Assembly: GCA_001689485.1 (NCBI GenBank)
Contig: LUJQ01000003.1
Location: forward strand, 34,677-98,676
Reading direction: 5' to 3'
Length of the DNA: 64,000 nucleotides
Source: Bacteroidales bacterium M6
GTDB taxonomy: Bacteria; Bacteroidota; Bacteroidia; Bacteroidales; Muribaculaceae
In this document: piece after piece, positions 51,345 to 61,649 of the stretch
Numbering within the stretch: position 1 is the stretch's first letter
Layout of the letters: the number at the start of each line of letters is the position of its first letter
Notes under the pieces: model-generated
Told to the model about the DNA's origin: nothing
Database searches by the model: none
What the model saw: the letters and a program-made list of their open reading frames with translations, nothing else
Position numbers and translations under genes: made by a program

Positions 51345-54029
51345 TCACGGTCTGGTCACACTATGGAGTGTATCCATCAACCTGTCGCCAACCCCGATGG
51401 TATATCCGTTGGTGTTGAACACCACACGGTTAAATGTGTCGGCAACAACTATCACCGGAAGCGAACGGGCATCAGGGATGCTGCCGTCGGGGGTTATTTT
51501 CAGAGCGGAGGCAAGTTCGGATGCAATCTTACCGTCGATATCGGTGCCGAACACCACATTCGATGGCAAATCAGGGAACTTGGAGCGGTCGAAACGTAAT
51601 GCCGCAGCCTCATCGGCAAAAAGCAGCAGCACTTTCACACCTGTCGCCTCAATCTCTTTGCTCCGCGACGACAAGTCATTGAGCACATGCACGGTCGGTT
51701 CATGGTTCGGAGCCACAAGCCCTATAACGTAATATCCCCTGCCGGTGGTGGAAAGGATTGACTTATCCGTTGCCAACGCCATATCGTGATATATGTTCTC
51801 GCTGTTGAACGAACCGATTACCTGCACCCCGGTGGTGTCCTGACGGATTTCCAAGGGGATACGTGTGGTCTCTCCGGGGACTACGGTAAAGAACCGCGAG
51901 CGTGACAATACCGTGCCGTCGGCCATACGCTGGCCGGTGGTCAGCATATATTCCCCGGCCTCTATAGGCATCGGCTCCTTCAACATCCCCGACCATGTTG
52001 CATCTTCGGGATAGTTAAGCAGCACCGGCACCCCGTTTTCAAGTTTGGATATGGTAAAATTAGAGTAATAGGCCGGATTATCGATGCGCCCAGTGGTTGT
52101 GAAATCAGCCATCAAAGCACCCTGCAAGGCACCCGGGGAAGCCGGTAAGGAAGCCCCCGACGGAAGCACGGCATCCACCCATTCCTGATTGCCCGCTGCA
52201 TATTGGGCCTTATCGGTAACAGGGTCTATACGGGCAGGGATACCCATGGCACGGGCCGCCGCAACAAAGAAAATGTCGCGCGAGCGGGCATCGGTGGTTC
52301 TGAGTTTCCACACCGAGGCAGGCGACATAGCCACACGGCGCGGATTCCAACGGTTGTCGATTTCAATATTGTCGGCAACCCATTTCACCCACGATGCCGG
52401 ATCGGAAACAAACTTCTCACGCAAGCCGGAAGGCACTGCATCGAGGAAGAACCGTTTATAAGGGGTGAGCATCTCATCGGCGATACGCGGATTGAGGATA
52501 TAATCGACATATAGCCCCTCTGCCCCGGGAGCCGGGGCGGGGGTGGCGAAGTGGTCGGCAAGAACCTCGGGTGCTATGTCGCGCCGGTCCTTTTCAGAAA
52601 CAGCCTTCAGGAGGTCGATTGCACGCCCTAATTCCCCCTTGGGGACACTTTTCAGGAACTCTGCGATAACGGCATGGTTGCCACGGCTCTGAGGCATGAT
52701 AACAGCCAGCTCACCGGGGTCTGCACCTATCGTCAGGGCAAACTCACGGGCACGTTCGGGGGTGAAAAATGTAGCCTCGTAGGCATTGCGCAGTGAATCC
52801 TCATAAGCCAGACGCCTTACGTTGGCATCAGCCGCTTCCTTCGGGACAAAAGGCATGCACTCACGTTGCACCGGCGGCACGATGTCGAAATCCGCAGTCT
52901 TGCCTGAAAAGCTATCCGAATCGAGCTTCAAAACGATATTACTGTCAGCTCCCACACGGGCTTTTACAAACCCGAAACGCCCGTTGCTATCAGAGCCCCA
53001 TACAATGATGTCACCCCGGCCGGCAACCAGTTCCGACCGCCCTTCGGCATCGGTTTCAAGGGTAGCCACCGGGAAGAACTCCCCGTAATTATAAAGACGG
53101 TAATCAACCCTCGCACCTTTAACGGGCTTGCCTGAGGCATCGGTAACCATAACCCTGAGGGTATCGACAGGGGCATAATTATCGGTAACATTCACCTCCG
53201 TGTAACAAGGCGCCGTAGCCAGCTGCTGTTCCGGGCCGTCATAACGGCCGAACAGCTTCGTATTCATCAGCATGCCACGTGAAGCGGGGGCATTGAACCA
53301 TCCCAGGTCGAGCACAGCCTCAGGCTCGCACGCACCGAGGAAATGCCATTCGCCATCAACCCAAGCCTCAACCCAGGCATGATTATCGTCGGTATGCGCC
53401 CAACGGGGGGTGTAGACCTGGCGGGCAGGAATCCCGACCGCACGCAGCGCGGCTACAGTGAATGTGGATTCCTCGCCGCAACGCCCGATGGCGGAGCGCA
53501 CCGTGGCCGAAGGGGAACTTGTGCGGGCATCGGAAGGGCGATAAGTCACACGCTCATGACACCAGTGGTTGACCTCCAGCACCGCATCGCGCATCGACAT
53601 GTCCTTAACCCTGTCGCGGAGTGATTCATAGAAATCACGACGGCTCATGTCAAGGTTTTCATTGTTAACACGCACGGGAAGAACGAAATGGCGGAATTCA
53701 CGTTCAGGCACTGATTCACCCCATGGCATCTCCTTGCGCGCCCGAAGCGCCAAATCGACATTCTCCTTATAGAACTCGCCCGAATAGTCGGCCATATCGG
53801 GCAATGGCATATACGCATAGAGGAATTCCAGCAGCTCCCGTTGGCGTGGGGAAAGATTCGTATCGAAAATTGAAAAACAGCCTGAACCGGCAACAAGCTC
53901 CCGTCTTTGGGCAAAATCACGTGCCACATCATGCTGCGCCGCCACGTTGACGGCATCGCACTGCACAGGGGAAGCATACATAGATGCCACCAGGGTTGTC
54001 ACCAATGCAATATTGGGGAAAGTTTTCAT
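51345..54029 (-). CDS. Secreted transglutaminase-like domain protein (Png1/NGLY1-like core plus degenerate second copy)
   Basis: [35 protein letters not shown]; signal peptide; second GIPARID block lacks the Cys. Confidence 0.85.
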   Translation of the reverse strand: MKTFPNIALVTTLVASMYASPVQCDAVNVAAQHDVARDFAQRRELVAGSGCFSIFDTNLSPRQRELLEFLYAYMPLPDMADYSGEFYKENVDLALRARKEMPWGESVPEREFRHFVLPVRVNNENLDMSRRDFYESLRDRVKDMSMRDAVLEVNHWCHERVTYRPSDARTSSPSATVRSAIGRCGEESTFTVAALRAVGIPARQVYTPRWAHTDDNHAWVEAWVDGEWHFLGACEPEAVLDLGWFNAPASRGMLMNTKLFGRYDGPEQQLATAPCYTEVNVTDNYAPVDTLRVMVTDASGKPVKGARVDYRLYNYGEFFPVATLETDAEGRSELVAGRGDIIVWGSDSNGRFGFVKARVGADSNIVLKLDSDSFSGKTADFDIVPPVQRECMPFVPKEAADANVRRLAYEDSLRNAYEATFFTPERAREFALTIGADPGELAVIMPQSRGNHAVIAEFLKSVPKGELGRAIDLLKAVSEKDRRDIAPEVLADHFATPAPAPGAEGLYVDYILNPRIADEMLTPYKRFFLDAVPSGLREKFVSDPASWVKWVADNIEIDNRWNPRRVAMSPASVWKLRTTDARSRDIFFVAAARAMGIPARIDPVTDKAQYAAGNQEWVDAVLPSGASLPASPGALQGALMADFTTTGRIDNPAYYSNFTISKLENGVPVLLNYPEDATWSGMLKEPMPIEAGEYMLTTGQRMADGTVLSRSRFFTVVPGETTRIPLEIRQDTTGVQVIGSFNSENIYHDMALATDKSILSTTGRGYYVIGLVAPNHEPTVHVLNDLSSRSKEIEATGVKVLLLFADEAAALRFDRSKFPDLPSNVVFGTDIDGKIASELASALKITPDGSIPDARSLPVIVVADTFNRVVFNTNGYTIGVGDRLMDTLHSVTRP

Positions 54030-54084
54030 GGTTGGTTTAAAAATTTTCAGGATTAGTTATAGATTAATTAAGACCATTAGCTTA

Positions 54085-54855
54085 TCAGATACGGCAATTC
54101 GACCGGTTTATGGCTTTTACAATCGCCGCCACAACATCGCGCGATGTTTCCATACGCGAGAACTCATCGGCACCCGCCTCCCCCATCGAAACTCCGGGAT
54201 GCCTGAAATCCATAGCGCTATCCATACGCCTGCGGGCTGATGCATGAATCTCGCAACAACCCGACTGTTTCAATATGGATGCGGCATTATCGGAATTGAC
54301 CCCTGCCCCCGGCAATATGATAATCCGCCCGTTTGCAAGGCGGTTTAATGCCGCCAGCGTCCCTACCCCTTTTTCAGCCGAAGGGGCACATCCTGAAGTT
54401 AGTATGCGGTGGCAGCCAAGCCTTATGACTGCCTCAAGTGCTTCGTGCGGCTCCCGGCACATGTCAAAGGCCCTATGAAAGGTCACCGACATATCAACGG
54501 CCTCGTCCATCAGCCGCCCGCATGTGTCAATGTCGATGTTCCCGTCAGGACGCAATGCCCCGATAACCACGCCGTCGGCACCGCACTGCCTGGCCATGCG
54601 TATGTCGGCAACCATGCATCCGATTTCGTCAGCATCATACACAAAGTCACCGCCACGCGGACGGATGAGCACATGCATCCTCATACCCGCATCGGCCGCT
54701 ACTTTCCCGGCCATGGATATGAAGCCTGCCGAAGGGGTCACCCCCCCTTCACCAAGTGCCGAACACAGCTCGATACGGGAAGCGCCTCCGGCGGCGGCTT
54801 CCTTCACACTGGCCAAGGATGCGGCACAAACTTCTAATATATTCTCTTTTTCCAT
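54085..54855 (-). CDS. cutC: CutC family TIM-barrel protein
   Basis: LEVCA, RIELCSAL..GGVTPS, LIRPRGGDF, TFHRAFD, RILTSG; TAACTTTG promoter at 54895-54902. Confidence 0.94.
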   Translation of the reverse strand: MEKENILEVCAASLASVKEAAAGGASRIELCSALGEGGVTPSAGFISMAGKVAADAGMRMHVLIRPRGGDFVYDADEIGCMVADIRMARQCGADGVVIGALRPDGNIDIDTCGRLMDEAVDMSVTFHRAFDMCREPHEALEAVIRLGCHRILTSGCAPSAEKGVGTLAALNRLANGRIIILPGAGVNSDNAASILKQSGCCEIHASARRRMDSAMDFRHPGVSMGEAGADEFSRMETSRDVVAAIVKAINRSNCRI

Positions 54856-54926
54856 TGCAAATAAGCCTGCCCGGAATAATCGCGGAGCAGATTACAAAGT
54901 TAGCGAGTAAATTTGGTGAAAAATAG

Positions 54927-54965
54927 AAGAGGTGTGCCAAATTTCGATAATTTGGCACACCTCTT
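54927..54965. repeat. Intergenic palindrome family copy
   Basis: AAGAGGTGTGCCAAATT-TCGAT-AATTTGGCACACCTCTT. Confidence 0.75.
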
Positions 54966-55030
54966 TATGTGTTTTAAAACATCTGCATCCCTGCGACAAC
55001 GCCTTATGCCGGCCGTTATCACAGAAAAAC

Positions 55031-55744
55031 TCAATCGCGGTTACCGCCGAAAAAGCGGAGAAGATAGAGGAACAGGTTGATGAAATCGAGATAGAGGCTG
55101 AGGGCGCCGAGAGTTGCAAGACGCCCGTCGGCCATCGACGGGTCGGCATAAGCCATCTGCTTTATCCTCTGTGTATCCCAGGCGGTAAGGCCGATGAAAA
55201 TCAGCACGCCTGCGGCACTCACAATCCATTCCAGTGTGGAATTGGCCCAGAAGATGTTGACAACGATGAGTATCAGCATCCCGAACAGCGCCATGTAAAG
55301 GAATGTCCCGATTTTGGTGAGGTCGCGTGTGGTGAAATAGCCATAGACGCTCATAGCGCCGAACACACCGGCTGTGATAAGGAACGTTTTGAAAATCGCG
55401 GCAATATTGTAGACCACGAAAATCATTGAGAATGTGAGGCCGTTGACAACCGCGAATAGGAAAAACAGACCTGTGGCCATTGCCGAACTCATTTTTTGCA
55501 GACGTGCCGAAATCCAAAGCACAAGTCCGAGTTCAAGGATTGCAAGCCCCCAGTAAACCCAACGGTGCTGGGCCATATAGACAAGGAAACTTGTATCGGA
55601 GTTAGCCGTAGCAGCCACACCCCATGCCACCAGGGCGGTCAGGAGCAGGCCGAGAAACATTTTCACATATACGTTTTTCATCACAGCCGAGACCTTTGCA
55701 TCGAGCGACTGGGGCGTATATGAATCCGTTTGATAATAGTTCAT
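55031..55744 (-). CDS. Bax inhibitor-1/YccA family membrane protein
   Basis: About 7 TMs; LTAWDTQRIK, ALSLYLDFINLFLYLL. Confidence 0.92.
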   Translation of the reverse strand: MNYYQTDSYTPQSLDAKVSAVMKNVYVKMFLGLLLTALVAWGVAATANSDTSFLVYMAQHRWVYWGLAILELGLVLWISARLQKMSSAMATGLFFLFAVVNGLTFSMIFVVYNIAAIFKTFLITAGVFGAMSVYGYFTTRDLTKIGTFLYMALFGMLILIVVNIFWANSTLEWIVSAAGVLIFIGLTAWDTQRIKQMAYADPSMADGRLATLGALSLYLDFINLFLYLLRFFGGNRD

Positions 55745-55901
55745 ATTTCTGATTATGTTAGTTTGTGTTATGGCGAGAGTGATTCGGAGTCATTGCGACC
55801 CCGTATGGAAATTTATAACAAATAAGACCTGTGATTTGTGCAAAGGTTTAGAAGTTGCCTGAAAATCTTTGGGAAGGATTTCCAGGCAACGTCTTAAGCC
55901 G

Positions 55902-57692
55902 TTACATACGTTCAGGCACTTTGATTCCCAACAGCCCCATACCTGTTTTCACCACACGGGAGGTTGCCTCGCAAAGCGCCAGGCGCAGCGAGCGCACACC
56001 GGCATCTTCCTCGCGCAGGATGGAATAGTCGTGATAGAACTGGTTATATTGCTTGACCAGCTCGTAGACATAGTTGGCTATCACGGCGGGTGAATAATCG
56101 CGTCCTGCTTCCTGCACGGTCGAGGGGAAATCGGCAAGTGTCTGGATAAGTGCGATTTCCTTCTCATTCGGAAGCACGGCGGAATAGTTCCCGATTGCCA
56201 TGCCCTGTTCGGCAGCTTTACGGAGCACCGAACGGATGCGGGCATAGGTGTATTGGATGAAAGGCCCGGTGTTGCCGTTGAAATCAATCGATTCCTTGGG
56301 ATTGAAAAGCATGTTTTTACGGGGGTCGACCTTCAACAGGAAATATTTCAACGCCCCGAGACCTACCGTTTCGGAAATCTCGTCGATTTCCGCAGGTGTA
56401 AGGCCGTCGAGCTTGCCAAGGTCACACGACACCTCGCGTGCACCGGCCACCATTTCCGCCATAAGGTCGTCGGCATCGACCACAGTCCCCTCACGGCTCT
56501 TCATCTTCCCTTCGGGGAGTTCGACCATGCCGTAAGAGAAGTGAACCAAATCCTTGCCCCACTTGAACCCAAGGCGGTCGAGCAGCAATGAAAGCACCTG
56601 GAAATGGTAATTCTGCTCGTTGCCCACCACATAAATCATCTTGTCAATGGGATAATCACGGAAACGGAGCTTGGCGGTGCCAATATCCTGGGTCATATAG
56701 ACCGAAGTGCCGTCGGCACGCAGAAGGAGTTTTTGGTCGAGACCGGCATCAGAAAGGTCGGCCCACACAGAGCCGTCATCCTTACGGAACATAATGCCTT
56801 TCTCCAACCCTTCGAGCACTTTTTCCTTACCTTCGAGATAGGTGTCCGACTCATAATAGATTTTGTCGAAATCAACCCCCATGCGGCGGTATGTGTCATC
56901 AAACCCGGCATACACCCACTCGTTCATCATCGCCCACAACCGGCGCACATCGGCATCCTTTGCCTCCCATTTGCGCAGCATCTCACGGGCCTCGGCCATA
57001 AGGGGCGAGAGCTTCGCGGCCTCATCCTCGGTGATGCCGTCGCGCTCCATGATTTCCTTCAGTTCGGCCTTATAATGCTTGTCGAACAGCACATAGAAGT
57101 CACCGATCAGGTGGTCCCCCTTTTTCCCGGCCTTTTCAGGCGTAATGCCGTTGCCCCATTTCTGCCATGCAAGCATGGATTTACAGATGTGGATACCACG
57201 GTCGTTGACTATGTTGGTCTTAACCACGCGGTTGCCGCATGCCTTCAGGATTTCAGCCAGCGAGAACCCGAGAAGGTTGTTACGCACATGCCCCAGGTGC
57301 AGGGGTTTGTTAGTGTTAGGTGAAGAATATTCCACCATCACCAACGGGCTGTCGGCTGTCGGTGCGACGATTCCGAAATTATCGGTTGCCGATATATGCT
57401 CAAGCACCGAATTCCAGAACGAAGGCTCTATCACAATGTTAAGGAACCCCTTTACGACGTTGAACCGGTCAACGGCAGGTTCGTTGTCGACGAGCCACTG
57501 CCCGATTTCCTGCCCTACAGCTTCGGGCGACTTGCGGGCGGCCTTGACCCATGGGAACACTACAACTGTGAGGTTGCCCTCGAATTCCTTCCGTGTGGCC
57601 TGCGGCATGATAGCCGAGGCGTCGGTGTCAACACCGTAAAGCTCCTTCACGGCCTTTGCCACCCCTTGCGCTATGATAAGGTCGATTGACAT
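55902..57692 (-). CDS. argS: Arginine--tRNA ligase
   Basis: VEYSSPNTNKPLHLGH, YMTQDIG, KMKSREG, GNTGPFIQYTYAR, PERM C-terminus; TAAATTTG promoter at 57751-57758. Confidence 0.97.
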   Translation of the reverse strand: MSIDLIIAQGVAKAVKELYGVDTDASAIMPQATRKEFEGNLTVVVFPWVKAARKSPEAVGQEIGQWLVDNEPAVDRFNVVKGFLNIVIEPSFWNSVLEHISATDNFGIVAPTADSPLVMVEYSSPNTNKPLHLGHVRNNLLGFSLAEILKACGNRVVKTNIVNDRGIHICKSMLAWQKWGNGITPEKAGKKGDHLIGDFYVLFDKHYKAELKEIMERDGITEDEAAKLSPLMAEAREMLRKWEAKDADVRRLWAMMNEWVYAGFDDTYRRMGVDFDKIYYESDTYLEGKEKVLEGLEKGIMFRKDDGSVWADLSDAGLDQKLLLRADGTSVYMTQDIGTAKLRFRDYPIDKMIYVVGNEQNYHFQVLSLLLDRLGFKWGKDLVHFSYGMVELPEGKMKSREGTVVDADDLMAEMVAGAREVSCDLGKLDGLTPAEIDEISETVGLGALKYFLLKVDPRKNMLFNPKESIDFNGNTGPFIQYTYARIRSVLRKAAEQGMAIGNYSAVLPNEKEIALIQTLADFPSTVQEAGRDYSPAVIANYVYELVKQYNQFYHDYSILREEDAGVRSLRLALCEATSRVVKTGMGLLGIKVPERM

Positions 57693-57798
57693 ATGTTGTT
57701 ATCCTTATTGTTTTTTTCTTCTAAAATTCTGCATGTAATCAATTTGCATGCAAATTTAGCGATTTTTCCCGACTTTCCCCAATCCGCCATAGAATAGC

Positions 57799-57840
57799 AG
57801 GGTCTGCATAAATCCTTATTAAAGGATTCACACAGACCCT
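57799..57840 (-). terminator. RNA hairpin downstream of the fimbrillin gene
   Basis: AGGGTCTG...CAGACCCT stem whose mismatches become G-U pairs on the minus strand. Confidence 0.45.
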
Positions 57841-57873
57841 GGAAACTGTCGAGAAGGTACAAACCCCATATCG

Positions 57874-58911
57874 CTACTGCTCGAGCAGGAAGTCGTCAAC
57901 GGTTACATCAAATATGATGGGCTTCAACACATCCGGGTTGTCTATTGTGATATTATAGATATACTCATGCCCCATCTCCCATTTGTCGACAGCATCGGTT
58001 GTCACGGGGAAGAACAGACGCCCTGTGGGGCTTTCCGGCACAAGCTGTGCGGGCGGTGTAGCAGCGTTAGGCCATATCTTGGCCCCGGTAGCTGTATCAT
58101 AAATCTCGCAGTCTACCTCTATCCCGTTACCAGAATAGGCAGTACCGTCAAAATCGAGCTGTGTAAGCGGCTGCGGCAGGAAATAGCTTATCCCAAGATT
58201 GTTATCCGTTATATCGACAGGAGTCGGTGTAAGGTCGAAAATATCCTCATCGCCTATTACGGCAAACACCATCATGTCGTTGCTCATCTTCAGGTTGTCC
58301 CAATTGCCGACGTTGTCGGGGAAGTCGGGAGAGGTGGTTGCCTGCGGGAAGTTGAATGTGCCTTGCAGATAGACGTTATGCAACTTCACATAGCTGACAC
58401 GAACCCCGATTTTAGAATTCGAACTGCTCAACATAATGGTCACACGCGAAAGCGCATGACGGAAATTCATGCTCACAGGGGTCGCCTTGGCAACCTCTCC
58501 CATATTTACGGCATATAACAGGTCGGTAGTACCGTTGTTCTTATAGCCAGGTATGCTGCCAAGCTCAGGTTGCGCTGTGGCCGGCACATTGGTTATGTTA
58601 GGACTGAATGCATAAAAGTTAACCGGCGTATTGGGCCAGTACATTACAGGGCTGTAAACCCACGATGACCCGTTGCGGGTCACATGCACATCCTGCATAT
58701 AAGGTTTGCCCCCTGTGTAGGCATATACTATGAACTCCTTTATGGTAGAAGTCGTTGTCGACGCAGAGCGCGGAGCTTTCGGCACAGCGGCCCTGAAACT
58801 GACAGCTCCCGATTCGTCAACCGGTTCGGGCATGGGTTGATTCTTATCGGAACACGAAGCTGCAAACAACCCTAAAGCTATAGCGGATAGGTAAACCACG
58901 TTGTTTTTCAT
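57874..58911 (-). CDS. Fimbrillin family (Mfa-like) lipoprotein
   Basis: Lipobox AASC, APRSAST processing site, YWP..PVNFYAFSP, DLLYA, FRHALSRV, GHEYIYNI, FDVTVDDF terminal strand. Confidence 0.85.
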   Translation of the reverse strand: MKNNVVYLSAIALGLFAASCSDKNQPMPEPVDESGAVSFRAAVPKAPRSASTTTSTIKEFIVYAYTGGKPYMQDVHVTRNGSSWVYSPVMYWPNTPVNFYAFSPNITNVPATAQPELGSIPGYKNNGTTDLLYAVNMGEVAKATPVSMNFRHALSRVTIMLSSSNSKIGVRVSYVKLHNVYLQGTFNFPQATTSPDFPDNVGNWDNLKMSNDMMVFAVIGDEDIFDLTPTPVDITDNNLGISYFLPQPLTQLDFDGTAYSGNGIEVDCEIYDTATGAKIWPNAATPPAQLVPESPTGRLFFPVTTDAVDKWEMGHEYIYNITIDNPDVLKPIIFDVTVDDFLLEQ

Positions 58912-58964
58912 AATTCAAATAGTATTATCGTTAATTAATAAACACCTTATAAGGCAGGATGTTT

Positions 58965-59960
58965 CTAGGATTTGATATTTATTACCGTCGTGATCCATCC
59001 TTCCACACTTACGTCAAATCCCCCGCCGGTCGGCGGCCCCGATTCAGGTAAGTCCAGCCCGGAAATACGTATGGCCACATGAAGCGGGTCGGAAGCACCA
59101 CGTGCCTGACCTGTGACATCGAAAGTATAGCATAGTTTTTGCCCGTCGGCAAGCCAAATGTAAAGCGACAATATATTTGGCGCATCCCCTTCGGAAGGGA
59201 GCCCGTAAGTTAAAAAATTTCCGCTTATGGTGCTTTTACCGTCGGCAACGGCCTTCACCGGCAAAGTGACAGCACTGCCACGAAACATATCCGACGGCCG
59301 CAAATATGAAGCCATCCCGCTCATGGATGCACAAACATGCGCCACACCGCCCAAATTGGAAACATCGCCGACTATAAAGCTGTATTCCGCCACGATGCGT
59401 CGCGGATACATAACAAGCAACCGTTTGTCGCTATGGTCGGTAGAGGCACCGGCAGTACGTGTCACATCGACCCCGTCCGGTCGCAGATCGCAACTGCTGC
59501 ATGAGCCGCACCACAACATGTCGGGACAGATTTCAACGCTTTCACCCTGCCCTGTAACGTCCGGGCCCAACGGCCTGTCGATAGTACCGCCAAGCCCGTC
59601 GTAAAGCCCACCTTTGCGACAATAAAACGCGAACTCATCATAATCGCCTTTGCGTCCGAACAACACCCCTGATGTATCATCATTAAACGCCATTACCGAA
59701 TATTCACCGTCAGGCAACTTCACCTCGCCACCTGTGCGGCCAGGGAAATCGAATCGCCACTCCTCACCCTCAGCCGGGAAAAACACATATGCCATCCCTT
59801 CCGGGTCGGCATCAGGCGCATACAGCCAATCACTATCGACCAAGAACGCCCCTACCGACTCCGTGGGGCAATCATCGTAGTCGTAAATAAGGCTACATCC
59901 ACTGGTCAAAGCCACGGTCAGTATGAACAAAAACGGCAGAAACAGGCGTTCGGGTCTCAT
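58965..59960 (-). CDS. DUF5119/FimB-Mfa2-like fimbrial lipoprotein
   Basis: Lipobox TSGC then YDYDDC; G.Y.V.AFNDD; FDVTGQ; GGGFDVSVEGW C-terminus. Confidence 0.78.
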   Translation of the reverse strand: MRPERLFLPFLFILTVALTSGCSLIYDYDDCPTESVGAFLVDSDWLYAPDADPEGMAYVFFPAEGEEWRFDFPGRTGGEVKLPDGEYSVMAFNDDTSGVLFGRKGDYDEFAFYCRKGGLYDGLGGTIDRPLGPDVTGQGESVEICPDMLWCGSCSSCDLRPDGVDVTRTAGASTDHSDKRLLVMYPRRIVAEYSFIVGDVSNLGGVAHVCASMSGMASYLRPSDMFRGSAVTLPVKAVADGKSTISGNFLTYGLPSEGDAPNILSLYIWLADGQKLCYTFDVTGQARGASDPLHVAIRISGLDLPESGPPTGGGFDVSVEGWITTVINIKS

Positions 59961-60106
59961 ATCAAAACATAAACACCACTGACATCATAACAGTTCGCCC
60001 CAAAGAAGCGAATATCCCCGCCACGGAGACAAGTTTTCATCCTGACAGGGTGATGCTTGGGGAATTTTTCGTAATTTTGTAGATGATTTGCATTTAATCC
60101 GGGCGG

Positions 60107-61615
60107 ATGATTGACTTTACGGGGATTTCCCGGCCATATTTCGAGAGGGTGTATGAAGCCGAACTAAAGGCAGAGGAGCATCTCGAAGCGGGGCAGCGCG
60201 GTCTGCTCTGCAATTTTGTCGCATCCGCACGCACAACAGTCATCGGCCAACGGTTCGGGTTCGGTAAAATCCGGGATTACGAGGAATTTGCCGCCAAAGT
60301 CCCGCCAGGGGAATATTCCTCTATCCGCCAGGATGTCATGAAAATGATGGAAGGGGCGCGTGATGTGCTATGGCCGGGTGCCGTACACAGGTTCGCCCAA
60401 TCATCAGGCACATCCGACGGCAAAAGCAAATTCATCCCTATAACCGGGCGCTGCCTCAGCCGGGGTCACTACCGAGGCGCGGCATTCTCACTGGCCTCCT
60501 ACCTGCACCATGCCCCCCACAGCCATGTTTTCGGGGGGAAGAACTTCATTCTTGGGGGCAGCTTCGCCAATGAGTTGCAACTGCGCAAAGAAGTTAAGGT
60601 CGGGGATTTGTCGGCAACACTTATCGACCGCATAAACCCATTGGTCAACCTTTTCAGAATACCCTCAAAACATGTGGCACTTATGGAGGACTGGCAGCGT
60701 AAACTCCCCGCCTTGGTGGAAGCTTCGCTGAAAGCCGACGTCCGTTCCATATCGGGAGTGCCGTCATGGTTCCTGACAGTGCTGAAACAGGTAATTGAAC
60801 AAGCCGGGGCAAACACCATACACGACGTATGGCCAAATCTCGAGGTGTTTTTCCATGGCGGGATATCCTTCAGCCCCTACCGCAGCCAATATGACCGCAT
60901 AACGGCTCCCGGCAGAATGAACTACTGGGAGAACTATAACGCCAGTGAAGGATTCTTCGGTGTGCAGGCGCGTCCGGGTTCTAAAAACATGCGCCTGCTG
61001 ATGAACACCGACGTGTTCTACGAGTTCATCCCGGCCGCCAACCCCTCATCCGCCCCCGTCCCCTCCTGGGAAGTGAAAACAGGCGAGGTTTATGCCCTCG
61101 TTATAACCTCGAGCAACGGGCTCTGGCGTTACCCGCTGGGCGACACTGTGAGAATCGAATCTACAGACCCGTTGGAAATAACCATAGCCGGACGAACAAA
61201 ACATTTCATCAATGCCTTCGGCGAAGAGGTAATGGTGCATAACACCGACGCCGCACTGGCCAAGGCTTGCTCCGCCACCGGGGCGGAAGTGCTCAACTAC
61301 ACCGCCGCGCCGGTGTATGCCGGCGACCACACACGCGGACGCCACCAATGGCTGGTAGAATTCGCCATCCCCCCGGAAGATATGCAGCAGTTCGAGCAAA
61401 TACTTGACCAGGCGCTCCAACAGGAGAACTCCGATTACCAGGCCAAACGGACAGGCGGCATATTCCTGGACAGGCTATCGGTTGAAACCGCCGCACCGGG
61501 ACTTTTCGACCGATGGCTTGCATCGACAGGCAAACTCGGAGGCCAACGCAAAATCCCACGTCTTAGCAACGACCGTCGTTTCATCGACCCCATGCTTTCA
61601 ATGAACATCAAATAA
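60107..61615 (+). CDS. GH3 auxin-responsive promoter family (acyl-adenylate) protein
   Basis: FAQSSGTSDGKSKFIP, YNASEGFF, GLWRYPLGD, GRTKHFINAFGEE, KLGGQRKIPRL. Confidence 0.92.
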   Translation: MIDFTGISRPYFERVYEAELKAEEHLEAGQRGLLCNFVASARTTVIGQRFGFGKIRDYEEFAAKVPPGEYSSIRQDVMKMMEGARDVLWPGAVHRFAQSSGTSDGKSKFIPITGRCLSRGHYRGAAFSLASYLHHAPHSHVFGGKNFILGGSFANELQLRKEVKVGDLSATLIDRINPLVNLFRIPSKHVALMEDWQRKLPALVEASLKADVRSISGVPSWFLTVLKQVIEQAGANTIHDVWPNLEVFFHGGISFSPYRSQYDRITAPGRMNYWENYNASEGFFGVQARPGSKNMRLLMNTDVFYEFIPAANPSSAPVPSWEVKTGEVYALVITSSNGLWRYPLGDTVRIESTDPLEITIAGRTKHFINAFGEEVMVHNTDAALAKACSATGAEVLNYTAAPVYAGDHTRGRHQWLVEFAIPPEDMQQFEQILDQALQQENSDYQAKRTGGIFLDRLSVETAAPGLFDRWLASTGKLGGQRKIPRLSNDRRFIDPMLSMNIK

Positions 61616-61649
61616 CCAAACAAGTAGACAATATCAACATCCAGACAAC

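Noticed and set aside
59961..60106. Invertible promoter upstream of the fimbrial genes
   Set aside because: No flanking inverted repeat pair or adjacent invertase seen
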